This document shows positions 18,933 to 28,555 of a stretch of DNA of 64,000 bases, piece by piece (position 1 is the first letter of the stretch; each line of letters begins with the position of its first letter). This DNA is from Bacillota bacterium. GTDB taxonomy: Bacteria > Bacillota_I > Bacilli_A > ML615J-28 > CAG-698. Under the pieces are notes generated by a model. The model made no database searches and had not been told where the DNA came from. It was given only the letters and a program-made list of their open reading frames with translations. Made by a program: the position numbers and the translations under genes. The stretch lies in the NCBI GenBank assembly GCA_016280895.1, contig JAEEHM010000112.1, positions 6,713 to 70,712 on the forward strand, in the 5' to 3' direction.

Positions 18933-20124
18933 ATTACTAGCACCAGCAGGAAATCTTGAAAAATTAAAGATTGCGATTAAATATGGTGCTGATGCTGTAT
19001 ATTTTGGTGGTGAAAAGTTTAGCTTAAGAGCTAGGGCTAACAATTTTAGTTTAGAAGATATTAAGGAAGGTGTTAAATTTGCGCACAAACATCACGCAAA
19101 GGTTTATGTAACTACAAACATCTTACCACATAATGATGATTTAGATGGATTAGTTGAATATTTAAAATACTTAGACAGTGTGGGCGTTGATGCAATCATT
19201 GCGTCTTCAATGACAATCATTAATACTTGCATAAAAGAATGCAAGCGAATGAAAGTGCATATTTCTACGCAAATGTCAACGCTTAATTCATATGCTTGTA
19301 AGTTTTTTAAAGATTTAGGTGCTACAAGAGTAGTGCTTGCAAGAGAATGTTCACTTGATGAAATCAAAGAGATAGCAAAAAAGACTGATGTTGAACTGGA
19401 AGTATTCATTCACGGAGGAATGTGCTCTAGCTGTTCTGGCAGATGTATGCTTTCAAATCACATGGTAAACAGAGATGCTAACCGTGGTGGTTGTGCTCAT
19501 TCTTGTAGATGGAATTATGATCTTTATGATAAGGATATAAAGATTAATAAGGATCATTATTTTAATATTGGTTCTAAGGATTTAATGGCTTTAAAGATGA
19601 TTCCTCATTTAATTGATGCTGGTATTGCTTCTTTAAAAGTAGAAGGAAGAATGAAATCAGAATATTATATTGCGAAGATTATTTCATCATATCGTGCTTT
19701 AATTGATGATTATTATAAAACAAGAGATAAGAATCTTGATTATGATAAATACAAACAAGAAATTGAAAAAGCAGAAAATAGAGAAACATCAATTGGTTTC
19801 TTTAATGGTCCTGTTACTGTAAATGAACAATTATATGATCGTGATGATCATCCAACAAAGGAATATGTTGGTATTGTGTTAAAGGACAATCTATTCAAGA
19901 AATATACTTTAATCAAACAAAAGAATTTCTTTAAAATTGGTGATCAATTAGAAATATTTGGTCCTAATAATAAAAAAATAGATTATGAGGTTAAAGAAAT
20001 ATTTGATTGTGATCTAAATCCTTTAGATGCAGCAAGACATCCTGAACAAATTATTAAGCTTAAGATACCATTTAGGCTTAAAAAAGATGATATGCTACGC
20101 TTAAAAATAAATATTGAAAAATAA
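18919..20124 (+). CDS. Peptidase U32 family protein, YrrO/TrhP2-like (tRNA U34 hydroxylation)
   Basis: Canonical U32 N-terminus ELLAPAGNLEKLKIAIKYGADAVYFGG and the E-x-F-x-H-G motif region (LEVFIHGGMC). Confidence 0.85.
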   Translation: MKKIELLAPAGNLEKLKIAIKYGADAVYFGGEKFSLRARANNFSLEDIKEGVKFAHKHHAKVYVTTNILPHNDDLDGLVEYLKYLDSVGVDAIIASSMTIINTCIKECKRMKVHISTQMSTLNSYACKFFKDLGATRVVLARECSLDEIKEIAKKTDVELEVFIHGGMCSSCSGRCMLSNHMVNRDANRGGCAHSCRWNYDLYDKDIKINKDHYFNIGSKDLMALKMIPHLIDAGIASLKVEGRMKSEYYIAKIISSYRALIDDYYKTRDKNLDYDKYKQEIEKAENRETSIGFFNGPVTVNEQLYDRDDHPTKEYVGIVLKDNLFKKYTLIKQKNFFKIGDQLEIFGPNNKKIDYEVKEIFDCDLNPLDAARHPEQIIKLKIPFRLKKDDMLRLKINIEK

Positions 20125-20168
20125 ATAATAATGTGATATAATATAGCAAGAAATATGAGAGGTAGATT

Positions 20169-20846
20169 ATGACAGGTCAGGTTTTAACAATTCAAGGTTT
20201 AGAAGAAACTATTCAAGCATTATATCATTTAGTTAATGTAGAAAAGGTTAAAAATGGTGAAGATTTAAGAGCTGCTCGTGCACAAGGTGACTTATCTGAA
20301 AATGCTGATTACGATGCTGCAAGAGATGAACAAGCACGTATTGAATCAGATATTAAAGTTCATGAAGCGATTTTAAAGAATTATAAATTAATCAATATTG
20401 ATAAAGAAGCTTTAGATAAATACATCAAAAAGGTAGTTAAGGATGAAGCACAAGCTAGTGCAACATTAAAAGCTGCTGAAGAAAATTTAGCACGTGCTAA
20501 AACTGAAAAATCTAAAAATTTAGCTTTAGAAGAGAAACAAAAAGCTGAAGAAGCTAAGAGATTTTTAACATATCGTCTTCGTTATTTAACAGAAGCAAAG
20601 ATTGATACAAGTGCATCATCACAATCTAACCTAGGTAAGTTAGTAACAGTATATTTTGAAGATACTGGCGATACTGAAGAATATAAGATTGTTGGTTCAC
20701 TAGAATCTAATCCATTAAAAGGACTTATTTCTAATGAATCACCAGTTGGTGAAGCTGTATTAAATGCATCTGTTGGTGATAGATTCTTAATCAAAAGCGA
20801 AGCTGATGATTATACTTTCTATATTCAAGTTAAGAATATTAAATAA
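20169..20846 (+). CDS. greA: Transcription elongation factor GreA with an internal ~75 aa insertion
   Basis: N-terminal coiled coil with GDLSENADYDAARDEQ, and a C-terminal domain (YKIVGSLESNPLKGLISNESPVGEAVL). It is 225 aa, against about 158 aa for typical GreA. Confidence 0.8.
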   Translation: MTGQVLTIQGLEETIQALYHLVNVEKVKNGEDLRAARAQGDLSENADYDAARDEQARIESDIKVHEAILKNYKLINIDKEALDKYIKKVVKDEAQASATLKAAEENLARAKTEKSKNLALEEKQKAEEAKRFLTYRLRYLTEAKIDTSASSQSNLGKLVTVYFEDTGDTEEYKIVGSLESNPLKGLISNESPVGEAVLNASVGDRFLIKSEADDYTFYIQVKNIK

Positions 20847-20966
20847 TATTTGAAAAAGAATGAAATATATTTCATTCTTTTTATTTTATAAGTTGAAAGA
20901 AATTTATTTTTGTGCTATAATATGTGGTATAAAATAATTAAATAAATAATATATTGGAGGAAAATA

Positions 20967-22355
20967 ATGAAATACATACCAAAATATGATCCTAATTTTA
21001 AACCTGCAATCATTGAACTTCAAAACTTCATTGATAAAGTAGCTGCATCTAATGAAAAAGCTACTCTTACTATTTGTTTGGAAAGAACAAAGGGATACAA
21101 TTATATCTATAAAATTGATATCTTTAAAGATGGTACTGGTCATGATGAAGAAAATTATGAAGTTGTAGAAAGATTGGTAAAAACTATTCTTTGGATTGCT
21201 GGTGGATATATTATCTATGTAGCTGGCTCTCATTACATTTTTGAAAGATTACATGCTGATTATTCTAAAGATGGTAAAAGAGCATTTGACTTTGGCTTTA
21301 TGAGCAGAGTTTATGAAAACACATTTAAGGTTCTTGAAGTAGAAGAAAAAGATATTCCTGCACTTAAAGAAATGAATGAAAAACTACAAAATGGTTTAAA
21401 CGGAAATCGTATTGGTTTTGATGCTGGTGGATCAGACCGTAAAGTATCAGCTTCAATCGATGGTAAAGTAATGTTTAGTGATGAAACTGTATGGTTCCCT
21501 AAAATTAATACTAACCCTGATTATCATTTTGAAGGAATTAAAGATTCTATTGAAAGAGCTAGTATGTATATGCCAACTATCGATTCTATCGGTGTTTCAA
21601 CTGCTGGTATCGTTGTTGACAACAAAATCATGGTTGCATCATTATTCTTAAAAGTTAATGAAGAAGACTTTAATAAGAAAGTTAAAACTATTTATATTGA
21701 TGTAGCTAAGGAATTTGAAAAGAAATACAATAAGAAGATTCCACTAGTAGTTGCAAACGATGGTGATGTTACAGCACTTGCCGGTGCAATTGAACTTAAA
21801 ACTGATCGTGTTTTGGGTATCGCAATGGGTACAAGTGAAGCTGCTGGCTACATCGGTGAAGGCAATGCGTTAAAAGGCTGGTTAAACGAACTTGCATTCG
21901 CTCCTGTTGACTTCAATAAAGATGCAATGGTAGATGAATGGAGTGGTGATTATGGCTGTGGTGTTAAATATTTCTCACAAGATGGTATCATTAAATTAGC
22001 AGAAGCTGCAGGAATTAAATTTGATGAAGAATTCTCACCTGCAAGAAAATTAAAATATGTACAAGACTTATATGAACAAGGCGATCCAATCGCAGAAGAA
22101 TTATATAAAGATGTTGGTACATATTTAGGATACACAATCGCATATTATGCTCATTTCTATGATATTAAACATGTCTTATTATTAGGCCGTGTTGTATCTG
22201 GAAAAGGTGGAAATACATTACTTGCAAGATGTAGACACGTCTTAAGAGATGAATTCCCTAATTTAGCATCAAGAATTGTACTTGATATGCCTGATGAAAA
22301 ATCTCGTCGTGTTGGTCAATCAATTGCTGCTGCAAGTTTACCAATTATAAAATAA
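20967..22355 (+). CDS. ASKHA-fold, ROK-like sugar kinase family protein with an N-terminal extension
   Basis: Actin-fold phosphate motifs IGFDAGGSDRKV, ANDGDVTALAG and GIAMGTSEAAGYI. No ROK zinc motif is recognisable. Confidence 0.5.
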   Translation: MKYIPKYDPNFKPAIIELQNFIDKVAASNEKATLTICLERTKGYNYIYKIDIFKDGTGHDEENYEVVERLVKTILWIAGGYIIYVAGSHYIFERLHADYSKDGKRAFDFGFMSRVYENTFKVLEVEEKDIPALKEMNEKLQNGLNGNRIGFDAGGSDRKVSASIDGKVMFSDETVWFPKINTNPDYHFEGIKDSIERASMYMPTIDSIGVSTAGIVVDNKIMVASLFLKVNEEDFNKKVKTIYIDVAKEFEKKYNKKIPLVVANDGDVTALAGAIELKTDRVLGIAMGTSEAAGYIGEGNALKGWLNELAFAPVDFNKDAMVDEWSGDYGCGVKYFSQDGIIKLAEAAGIKFDEEFSPARKLKYVQDLYEQGDPIAEELYKDVGTYLGYTIAYYAHFYDIKHVLLLGRVVSGKGGNTLLARCRHVLRDEFPNLASRIVLDMPDEKSRRVGQSIAAASLPIIK

Positions 22356-22482
22356 ATAAAATATAAGCTTATAATATGATGATTATTATAAGCTTTTTTA
22401 ATGCTTAATGATATAATTATTGACTAAAATATAATAATGTATTATTATATATTTGTAATATACAGTAATGAAAGGAAAGAAT

Positions 22483-23403
22483 ATGAGAAGAATAATTTTC
22501 TTATTATCTATATTTTTAATTTTTTTCTTGATGTCATGTAACAAATATAGCAATTGCACTCGTGAAGAAAAAATATTACTAAAACATTTGTGCGGTGCAA
22601 TGGTATTAGATGAAAAAGAAAAAGATAATTTAAATGACTTGATTACTAAATCCTCTGCAAAGGCAGATGAAGGGTCGCATACATTTTCGGAAATGTTATC
22701 TGGTTATAAAGATGGTTATTGTAATTTGTATTTGTGTAGGATTGATAGTAATTATTCTATAATAACTGGTTATATTATTAACAATAACAATGATAATACT
22801 GATTTTATAGATGATATCATCTGGATAAAATTTAATAATTGTAACGATATAATTACAATTCCTGAAGAGTGCGAAAACTTTCGTTTAAAGTATATGTTTG
22901 CTGCATTTGAAGTAGATATTAAAAGAAATATAGTAAGTAAAATTGAACATAATCAAAAATGTGTATATTATAAATACATTACAGATGTCTATTATCAAAG
23001 GAAAGGTTATAAAATTAATACATCATACGTTCTTGATATTAATAACGAAAGTAATATTATTTTGCTTGGATTTTATAAATCAAATGATATAATTCATTAT
23101 GATTATATTAGCGATAAAAACATGCGATGGTCATATAATGTTTATGTTGATAGTTTTTCTTATGAATATATTTATTTCAATAAAAAAGAAATAAACTACA
23201 CAGATAAAGATATAAAAGAAAACTATTTAAATATAATAAAAAAAGAATTTGGAGACTACTATGAAATAGTTGAGGATTATCTAACCGATATTCCTGCTAT
23301 TACGCAAATTAGATATAAAATTGATGGAATGTTCACTATATATGAAAAAGCAGGCTTAAAAATAGACACGTTAGTAAAATTAATAAAGGATGACCTAATA
23401 TGA
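22483..23403 (+). CDS. Lipoprotein of unknown function (paralogue of 52580..53446)
   Basis: SD sequence AAAGGAAAG upstream of the ATG at 22483. Lipobox LMSC. ATGA overlap with the downstream protease gene. Confidence 0.65.
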   Translation: MRRIIFLLSIFLIFFLMSCNKYSNCTREEKILLKHLCGAMVLDEKEKDNLNDLITKSSAKADEGSHTFSEMLSGYKDGYCNLYLCRIDSNYSIITGYIINNNNDNTDFIDDIIWIKFNNCNDIITIPEECENFRLKYMFAAFEVDIKRNIVSKIEHNQKCVYYKYITDVYYQRKGYKINTSYVLDINNESNIILLGFYKSNDIIHYDYISDKNMRWSYNVYVDSFSYEYIYFNKKEINYTDKDIKENYLNIIKKEFGDYYEIVEDYLTDIPAITQIRYKIDGMFTIYEKAGLKIDTLVKLIKDDLI

Positions 23404-24428
23404 AAAAAATTACACTATTATTGATATTTATTGTTACAATTATTTGCTTATATAGGATATCGTCAAATAATGTTTTTGGAAGTCAAACATTAGTTGATGT
23501 GGGGTATGACGATTGTGTTGCGGATGATTCTGGTGACTCTGAACAAGAACGATGGTATTATTTAAATGAATTTGGTTACTCGCATGGCACCTCTTTTACG
23601 TATTTTCATTTGCCTACTAATAAAACCACTTTAAGTTATTTTTTTGCTAATTCTGCATTTAATGATTCTGATTATCACTGGAATACTGATGTTACTGATG
23701 ATGTTGCAAATGAAATAAGAACAGCTTTTGCAAATAGTATGATGAAGTGGAATAATGTTCGTTTTTATTATTATAATGAATATGGCAATAGGACAGAAGT
23801 TCAATTGATAAATGTAGTTGAAGGAACGGATGAAGATCATGATTTGACTATTTATCCAGCGCCTTCTTCTCTAGAGGCATTTGCTGCTACTCAACAAACG
23901 GGAAATTATACGACAATTTATACTGGCAAAGACAACGTTGAACATCGTCATTATGAAAAGTGGTTTACTCAGGTTAATATTGATTTCTTTTATACGCATA
24001 CTGGGCCAGATTATACATCAGAACAAGTTAGGATAAGAAGGGAAAGAACTGGCGAGCATGAGATAGGGCATATTTTGGGTCTTGATGATATTGATGTATG
24101 TTGTAGTTTAAACCCTGACCACCATGAAGAATTGTTGATGGGATATGGTGATATGGAAAATAGATCACTAAATGCAACATACAAAGATATAGCAGGAGTG
24201 GCAATTACAAGGGGCTTTCATACTGATAACGATCATATGTGGATGAGGCGTGATAATGGTGATTCTATAGATATGATATGTGCCATTTGTAATGGAGTAA
24301 AATATAATGTAGAATTAGATAGCGGTGGATTGACATATCAAGGTAAAACTTTTACAGAATTTGAAGATTGTATTCATCATGGACACAGCAATTCAAATAT
24401 GCTTTTAGTTGCAAAAGATAATGATTGA
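23400..24428 (+). CDS. Secreted metzincin-like zinc metalloprotease (HEIGHILGLDD), N-terminal part of a frame interrupted by TGA
   Basis: N-terminal signal peptide. The zinc motif HExxHxxGxxD is snapalysin/matrixin-like. The ORF ends at a TGA that is in frame with ORF 24444..26111. Confidence 0.7.
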   Translation: MKKITLLLIFIVTIICLYRISSNNVFGSQTLVDVGYDDCVADDSGDSEQERWYYLNEFGYSHGTSFTYFHLPTNKTTLSYFFANSAFNDSDYHWNTDVTDDVANEIRTAFANSMMKWNNVRFYYYNEYGNRTEVQLINVVEGTDEDHDLTIYPAPSSLEAFAATQQTGNYTTIYTGKDNVEHRHYEKWFTQVNIDFFYTHTGPDYTSEQVRIRRERTGEHEIGHILGLDDIDVCCSLNPDHHEELLMGYGDMENRSLNATYKDIAGVAITRGFHTDNDHMWMRRDNGDSIDMICAICNGVKYNVELDSGGLTYQGKTFTEFEDCIHHGHSNSNMLLVAKDND

Positions 24429-24443
24429 TACTTCTTTAAATGC

Positions 24444-26111
24444 ATGTATTGTCGCCATATTGATACAATTAAAATTGAAGATACATTACATGTTTACAAT
24501 AGTACTCAACCAGTAGCTCGTAATACTATTATTGAAGCAAGAGAATCTAAATATTATAAATTGAATTTAAGTTTTGATAAATATTATGAAATAATAGCAA
24601 GTGGCAGCACAAATATTAATTTAAAATTATATGATGAAAATTTTAATGAGATATCTATATCAGATATTAATTATTCATCTTTAATATGCCAAACAGTACA
24701 AAATCTAAATTCTGGCACTTATTATTTAGAAATCATTAATGAATCATACACGAGTAATAGTGTATCATTTAAAATTATTTCTAATAATTCTCAGTATCTA
24801 TCAATTGATGAGAATGATATATTAATAAATGCATATAATGGTATAAGTGAATATAATTATTATAATGAGTCCGGTCCGGGTTTTTATAAATTTAAAATAA
24901 GTGCAAGCAATATTGATGGAACAACATATTATTATCAAGCAGGAGCTTTGAAAATATATAATGATTCATCTAGATCAACTTCCTCAATAATGAATAAGTA
25001 TGATTATGACACTTATAATAACAGAGGTATAAATCAAGCCATCAACAAATATAATGAAGATTATATAATAGTATATCTACCAAGTAATGGATATTATTAT
25101 TTAGATATAGATGTTTCATCAATTAATCTTGCATCATTATCTATAGAAATTTCATCTTTAAGTATAGATGAACTAGATTTATTTGATTTATCTGAAAATA
25201 GTAATGATGATGCATTCGAATTTCACGAAAATGATTATGGAGATAATTTCATCAAGCTAAACATCAAACAAGCAGGTTATTTTAAAATAACAGCATCATA
25301 TGATGGTGATTTAAGTCCATATATTTTAGTTTTAGTAATAAAAATAACATATGATGAAGCTCTTCATTCTTATGTAAGAGATGAAAAATTAAAAGAAGAA
25401 TTTAATAAAAACGATTCACAAGAATATGTGCTAACAGATTTAGAAGAAGGCATTTATTATATAGGCTACCTTAATAAAACAGATAATTATTATACATCTA
25501 TTAGTCTTCTAAGGATAATTACAGAATCAGGTTCAAGCCATTTAGTAGCTGATGCAATAGATTATGATGATTATGGAAGTGAAGTAAGATTCAATAATGG
25601 ATTACGTGGTGGAACTACACTGACTGTAGGATTTACAAGGTTCATATATTTAGATGATCCATCAAATGTACCATCAATATCAAGACTTAATTATTATTGG
25701 TATACATCAAATGAAGAAGTGGCAACAATATCTGAATATGGAACATTACTTGCAAAATCACCTGGAACTGTAAAAGTAATGGCAGTATATAAAAGTAATC
25801 CATCTATAACATATGTGAAAGAATTCACAATACTTGCAGATAATAGAATTAATGATTTGATTATTTATGATACAGATAGTGTATTATATACAAGCCCTAG
25901 TCAATTATATCAAATAGAATTAGATGATTATAATTCATATTTTCCACAAATATCATTATATAATTGGAATATTTTAAGTTCTACTAATAATTATACTATT
26001 AGTGAATGGGGAACATTTTATTTAAGTGGAAATGATGTAATTGTGATAGAGGCTACATCCAAACTTAATTCTAAATTGAAGATAAGAATAACATTGACGG
26101 TGATGATATAA
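24444..26111 (+). CDS. PPC-like (pre-peptidase C-terminal) repeats plus a Big_2 domain; probably the C-terminal part of the upstream protease
   Basis: Same frame as 23400..24428, with only 5 sense codons between the TGA and this ATG. There is no SD sequence. Three repeats resemble YYKLNL...GTYYLEI, and there is a Big_2-like segment YYWYTSNEEVATISEYGTLLAKSPGTVKV. Confidence 0.6.
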   Translation: MYCRHIDTIKIEDTLHVYNSTQPVARNTIIEARESKYYKLNLSFDKYYEIIASGSTNINLKLYDENFNEISISDINYSSLICQTVQNLNSGTYYLEIINESYTSNSVSFKIISNNSQYLSIDENDILINAYNGISEYNYYNESGPGFYKFKISASNIDGTTYYYQAGALKIYNDSSRSTSSIMNKYDYDTYNNRGINQAINKYNEDYIIVYLPSNGYYYLDIDVSSINLASLSIEISSLSIDELDLFDLSENSNDDAFEFHENDYGDNFIKLNIKQAGYFKITASYDGDLSPYILVLVIKITYDEALHSYVRDEKLKEEFNKNDSQEYVLTDLEEGIYYIGYLNKTDNYYTSISLLRIITESGSSHLVADAIDYDDYGSEVRFNNGLRGGTTLTVGFTRFIYLDDPSNVPSISRLNYYWYTSNEEVATISEYGTLLAKSPGTVKVMAVYKSNPSITYVKEFTILADNRINDLIIYDTDSVLYTSPSQLYQIELDDYNSYFPQISLYNWNILSSTNNYTISEWGTFYLSGNDVIVIEATSKLNSKLKIRITLTVMI

Positions 26112-26133
26112 AACATAGTTATTCAAGCATTTT

Positions 26134-26159
26134 AAGCTGAAGATTTCTTCAGCTTTTTT
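26134..26159 (+). terminator. rho-independent terminator
   Basis: Stem AAGCTGAAG / CTTCAGCTT followed by a T-run. Confidence 0.8.
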
Positions 26160-26241
26160 ATTATTCTTAACATTTAAATTGAAATAATCAATTAAAAAAT
26201 TAATAAAATTAATAAATATATTAAAAAAATTAATTTTATAC

Positions 26242-26270
26242 TTGACATAATTAATTTATTATTATATAAT
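26242..26270 (+). promoter_or_regulatory. Consensus sigmaA promoter
   Basis: TTGACA, 17 nt spacer, TATAAT; about 30 nt upstream of the ATG at 26300. Confidence 0.75.
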
Positions 26271-26299
26271 GTTTGTGTAAATAATAAAAAGGAGGCAAA

Positions 26300-26683
26300 A
26301 TGAAGAAGAAAATCATTGGAAAATGCCCAATATGTGAAGGAAACTTAATTGTAAGTGAATTGACATGCACAAGCTGTAACACAAAAATTAATGGTGAATT
26401 TAATTTATCTAAGTTTGATAATTTAAGTCCTGATCAACAAAACTTTGCACTCATCTTTATTAAAAACCAGGGTAATATTAAATTAATTGAAAAAGAAATG
26501 AATATTTCTTATCCAACTGTAAAGAAGAATTTAAGTGATTTAATTAATGCATTAGGTTTTGATGAAGTAAGTGTATATGAAAATAATAAGATGACAAAAG
26601 AAGAAATCATGCAAGCAATCAAGGACAAACAAATGACTCTTGATGAAGCATATAAACTATTGAAGGAGATAGAAAATGAATAA
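26300..26683 (+). CDS. DUF2089-family protein (zinc ribbon + HTH)
   Basis: CPICEGNL...CTSCNTKINGEF zinc ribbon, followed by LSPDQQNFALIFIKNQGNIKLIEKEMNISYPTVKK. Confidence 0.7.
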   Translation: MKKKIIGKCPICEGNLIVSELTCTSCNTKINGEFNLSKFDNLSPDQQNFALIFIKNQGNIKLIEKEMNISYPTVKKNLSDLINALGFDEVSVYENNKMTKEEIMQAIKDKQMTLDEAYKLLKEIENE

Positions 26684-27443
26684 GCAAGAATATTTAAATA
26701 AATTAGAAGAATTATTAAAAGCAGATAATATTGAAAATATCGATTCTATAATTGAAGAAGCTAGTCAAAAATTTGATATTGGTTCAATGGCAGGTCTAAG
26801 TGATGATGAAATCATCGCTGATTTAGGTAGCCCTGAAGAGATAGTAAGAAAGAATAAAAAAGTCCATAGAGAAAATAAAGTATTAGATATTGAAATTGCT
26901 GATCCTTTTTCTAGTGATATAATTATTCATGAAAGATCAGAAAATGGTATTGATATTCGTTTATCTAAAGAATTAAAAGATAAATTGAATGTAGTAATTA
27001 GTGATGATAAAATTAGTATTAAACCATTTAATCAACTAAATCATTATCGTAATTTAAGATCTTGTGAAATAAATGTCGAATATGGTCCAAACATCACTTT
27101 TAATAATGTAAGCCTACATACAGTTTCAGGTGATGGTGAAATTGATAGTATAAGATGTAGAAATGCTAATATTGAAACTGTATCAGGTGATTTTGATATT
27201 AATTCATTAGAAGCTGAATCTGTAGTATTAAAAACTGTATCAGGTGATATTGATATCGATGAATTAAAAACAAATGTTTGTACGATCACAACAGTATCTG
27301 GTGATGTTGATATTTCCTCTTGCAGCATTAAATCCTTAGTTGCAACTACTATTAGTGGTGATATTGATATTACTGGTGTCGTTAATTCCAGCAAATGTAG
27401 TAAAATATCTGGTGATATTACAATCAATCATGAAGATGAATAA
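26676..27443 (+). CDS. DUF1700-like N-terminus with DUF4097-type beta-helical repeats
   Basis: N-terminus MNKQEYLNKLEELL...SDDEIIADLGSPEEI. The C-terminus has about six TVSGD(I/V)DI repeats at ~20 aa periodicity. Confidence 0.6.
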   Translation: MNKQEYLNKLEELLKADNIENIDSIIEEASQKFDIGSMAGLSDDEIIADLGSPEEIVRKNKKVHRENKVLDIEIADPFSSDIIIHERSENGIDIRLSKELKDKLNVVISDDKISIKPFNQLNHYRNLRSCEINVEYGPNITFNNVSLHTVSGDGEIDSIRCRNANIETVSGDFDINSLEAESVVLKTVSGDIDIDELKTNVCTITTVSGDVDISSCSIKSLVATTISGDIDITGVVNSSKCSKISGDITINHEDE

Positions 27444-27455
27444 AGGAGTATAAAA

Positions 27456-27881
27456 ATGGAAAATAAGAATAAAAACGAAGAAGAAGTAAAAGTAACATAT
27501 GTCGATGATGATGGCGAATTTGAAGAAAGAGAAGTATTTAATGTTTTCTTTAAAGACACAAAGGAAAGAAGAGTAGCAAGAAAAATAAAGGGAGTTATTG
27601 CCCCTTTATGTGTTTTAATTTTTTTAGCAATCGGTCTTTTTGTACCTAATTCTTGGTCTAAAGCATGGCTTGTATTTTTAGCTATTCCAATTTCTGAAAT
27701 ATTCTTTTCCGCTTTAAGAAAAACAAGTAAAGCAAGAATTATGTATATCACCTTAATGTCTTGTATCGTGATTTATGTTGGTCTTAGTGTCTTTCTACAA
27801 TGGAAGGGCTTTGATTATGCTTGGTTAAAATCATTAATTGTGTTCTTAATCATTCCAATTGTGTCTGCCCTTGTTAGATAA
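27456..27881 (+). CDS. Small integral membrane protein
   Basis: Acidic N-terminus followed by about 4 predicted TM helices; last gene of the DUF2089 operon. Confidence 0.5.
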   Translation: MENKNKNEEEVKVTYVDDDGEFEEREVFNVFFKDTKERRVARKIKGVIAPLCVLIFLAIGLFVPNSWSKAWLVFLAIPISEIFFSALRKTSKARIMYITLMSCIVIYVGLSVFLQWKGFDYAWLKSLIVFLIIPIVSALVR

Positions 27882-27985
27882 AATAAATAAACGTGTTAAA
27901 AACACTTGTCAGTGTTTGCACGTTTTTATTTTTTTGTCTTTTAAAAAGACTAAAAATATGGTATAATAAACCAAATGAGGTTAAC

Positions 27986-28555
27986 ATGATAAAGAAATTT
28001 ATTCCTACTATTATTAAACATACAATTTATGATATTGATTTTAAAGATCTATATGATAAGGGAAAAAGATATTTACTATGTGATTTAGATAATACTTTAA
28101 TTCCTTATGATATGGATTTAGCTGATGATAAATTCAAAGATTTATTAAAAGAAATAAAGAATATTGGTTTTGAATTAGTCATTGTTTCTAATAATCATAA
28201 AAAAAGAGTAAAAAGATTTGGTGATGATTTAAATTTAATGACATTTTCTAATTCTTTAAAACCTTTAAAATTTGGTCTCAAGAAGGCTTTAAAATATATT
28301 AGAAAGAAAGATTTTCCAAATTCAAAAATCAAAGATATCAAAAAATATGTAATTACCATTGGTGATCAATTGATGACAGATGTATTCGCATCATCAAGGT
28401 TAAAATTAGATTCTATTTTAGTTCATCCACTAAAGAAGAAAACCGAAAAGTGGTATACAAGATTTAATAGAAGTATGGAAAGAAGAATAATTAAAAGATT
28501 TAAAAAAGAATATCCAAGCGTATATGAGGAAATAAATGAAAAACATGAATATTAG
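27986..28555 (+). CDS. yqeG: YqeG-family HAD (IIIA) phosphatase
   Basis: CDLDNTLIPYD HAD motif I and IGDQLMTD motif. SD sequence GAGG upstream of the ATG at 27986. The longer GTG-started ORF at 27893 is unlikely. Confidence 0.8.
   Translation: MIKKFIPTIIKHTIYDIDFKDLYDKGKRYLLCDLDNTLIPYDMDLADDKFKDLLKEIKNIGFELVIVSNNHKKRVKRFGDDLNLMTFSNSLKPLKFGLKKALKYIRKKDFPNSKIKDIKKYVITIGDQLMTDVFASSRLKLDSILVHPLKKKTEKWYTRFNRSMERRIIKRFKKEYPSVYEEINEKHEY

Noticed and set aside
20904-21233. Minus-strand ORF overlapping the start of the ROK-like gene
   Set aside because: It is a low-complexity AT-rich shadow ORF antisense to a well-supported gene and promoter, with no SD sequence or homology signal.
24426-24428. Genetic code 4 (TGA = Trp) or selenocysteine as an explanation for the in-frame TGA
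   Set aside because: Conserved Trp residues in ValS, DnaK-operon and other proteins are all TGG. Long housekeeping ORFs are intact under code 11, and many genes terminate with ATGA overlaps. I see no convincing SECIS-like hairpin immediately downstream, no sel genes in the window, and the position is not a Cys-homologous catalytic site.
27044-27751. Minus-strand ORFs 27044..27427 and 27428..27751
   Set aside because: They are antisense shadows of the DUF4097-repeat gene and the membrane-protein gene. The repeat periodicity of the sense gene explains the open frame.
27893-27985. The extended GTG start at 27893 for yqeG
   Set aside because: The extension is hydrophobic and non-homologous, and overlaps a terminator-like region and a TGGTATAAT promoter. 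The ATG at 27986 follows a GAGG SD sequence and matches the YqeG N-terminus.
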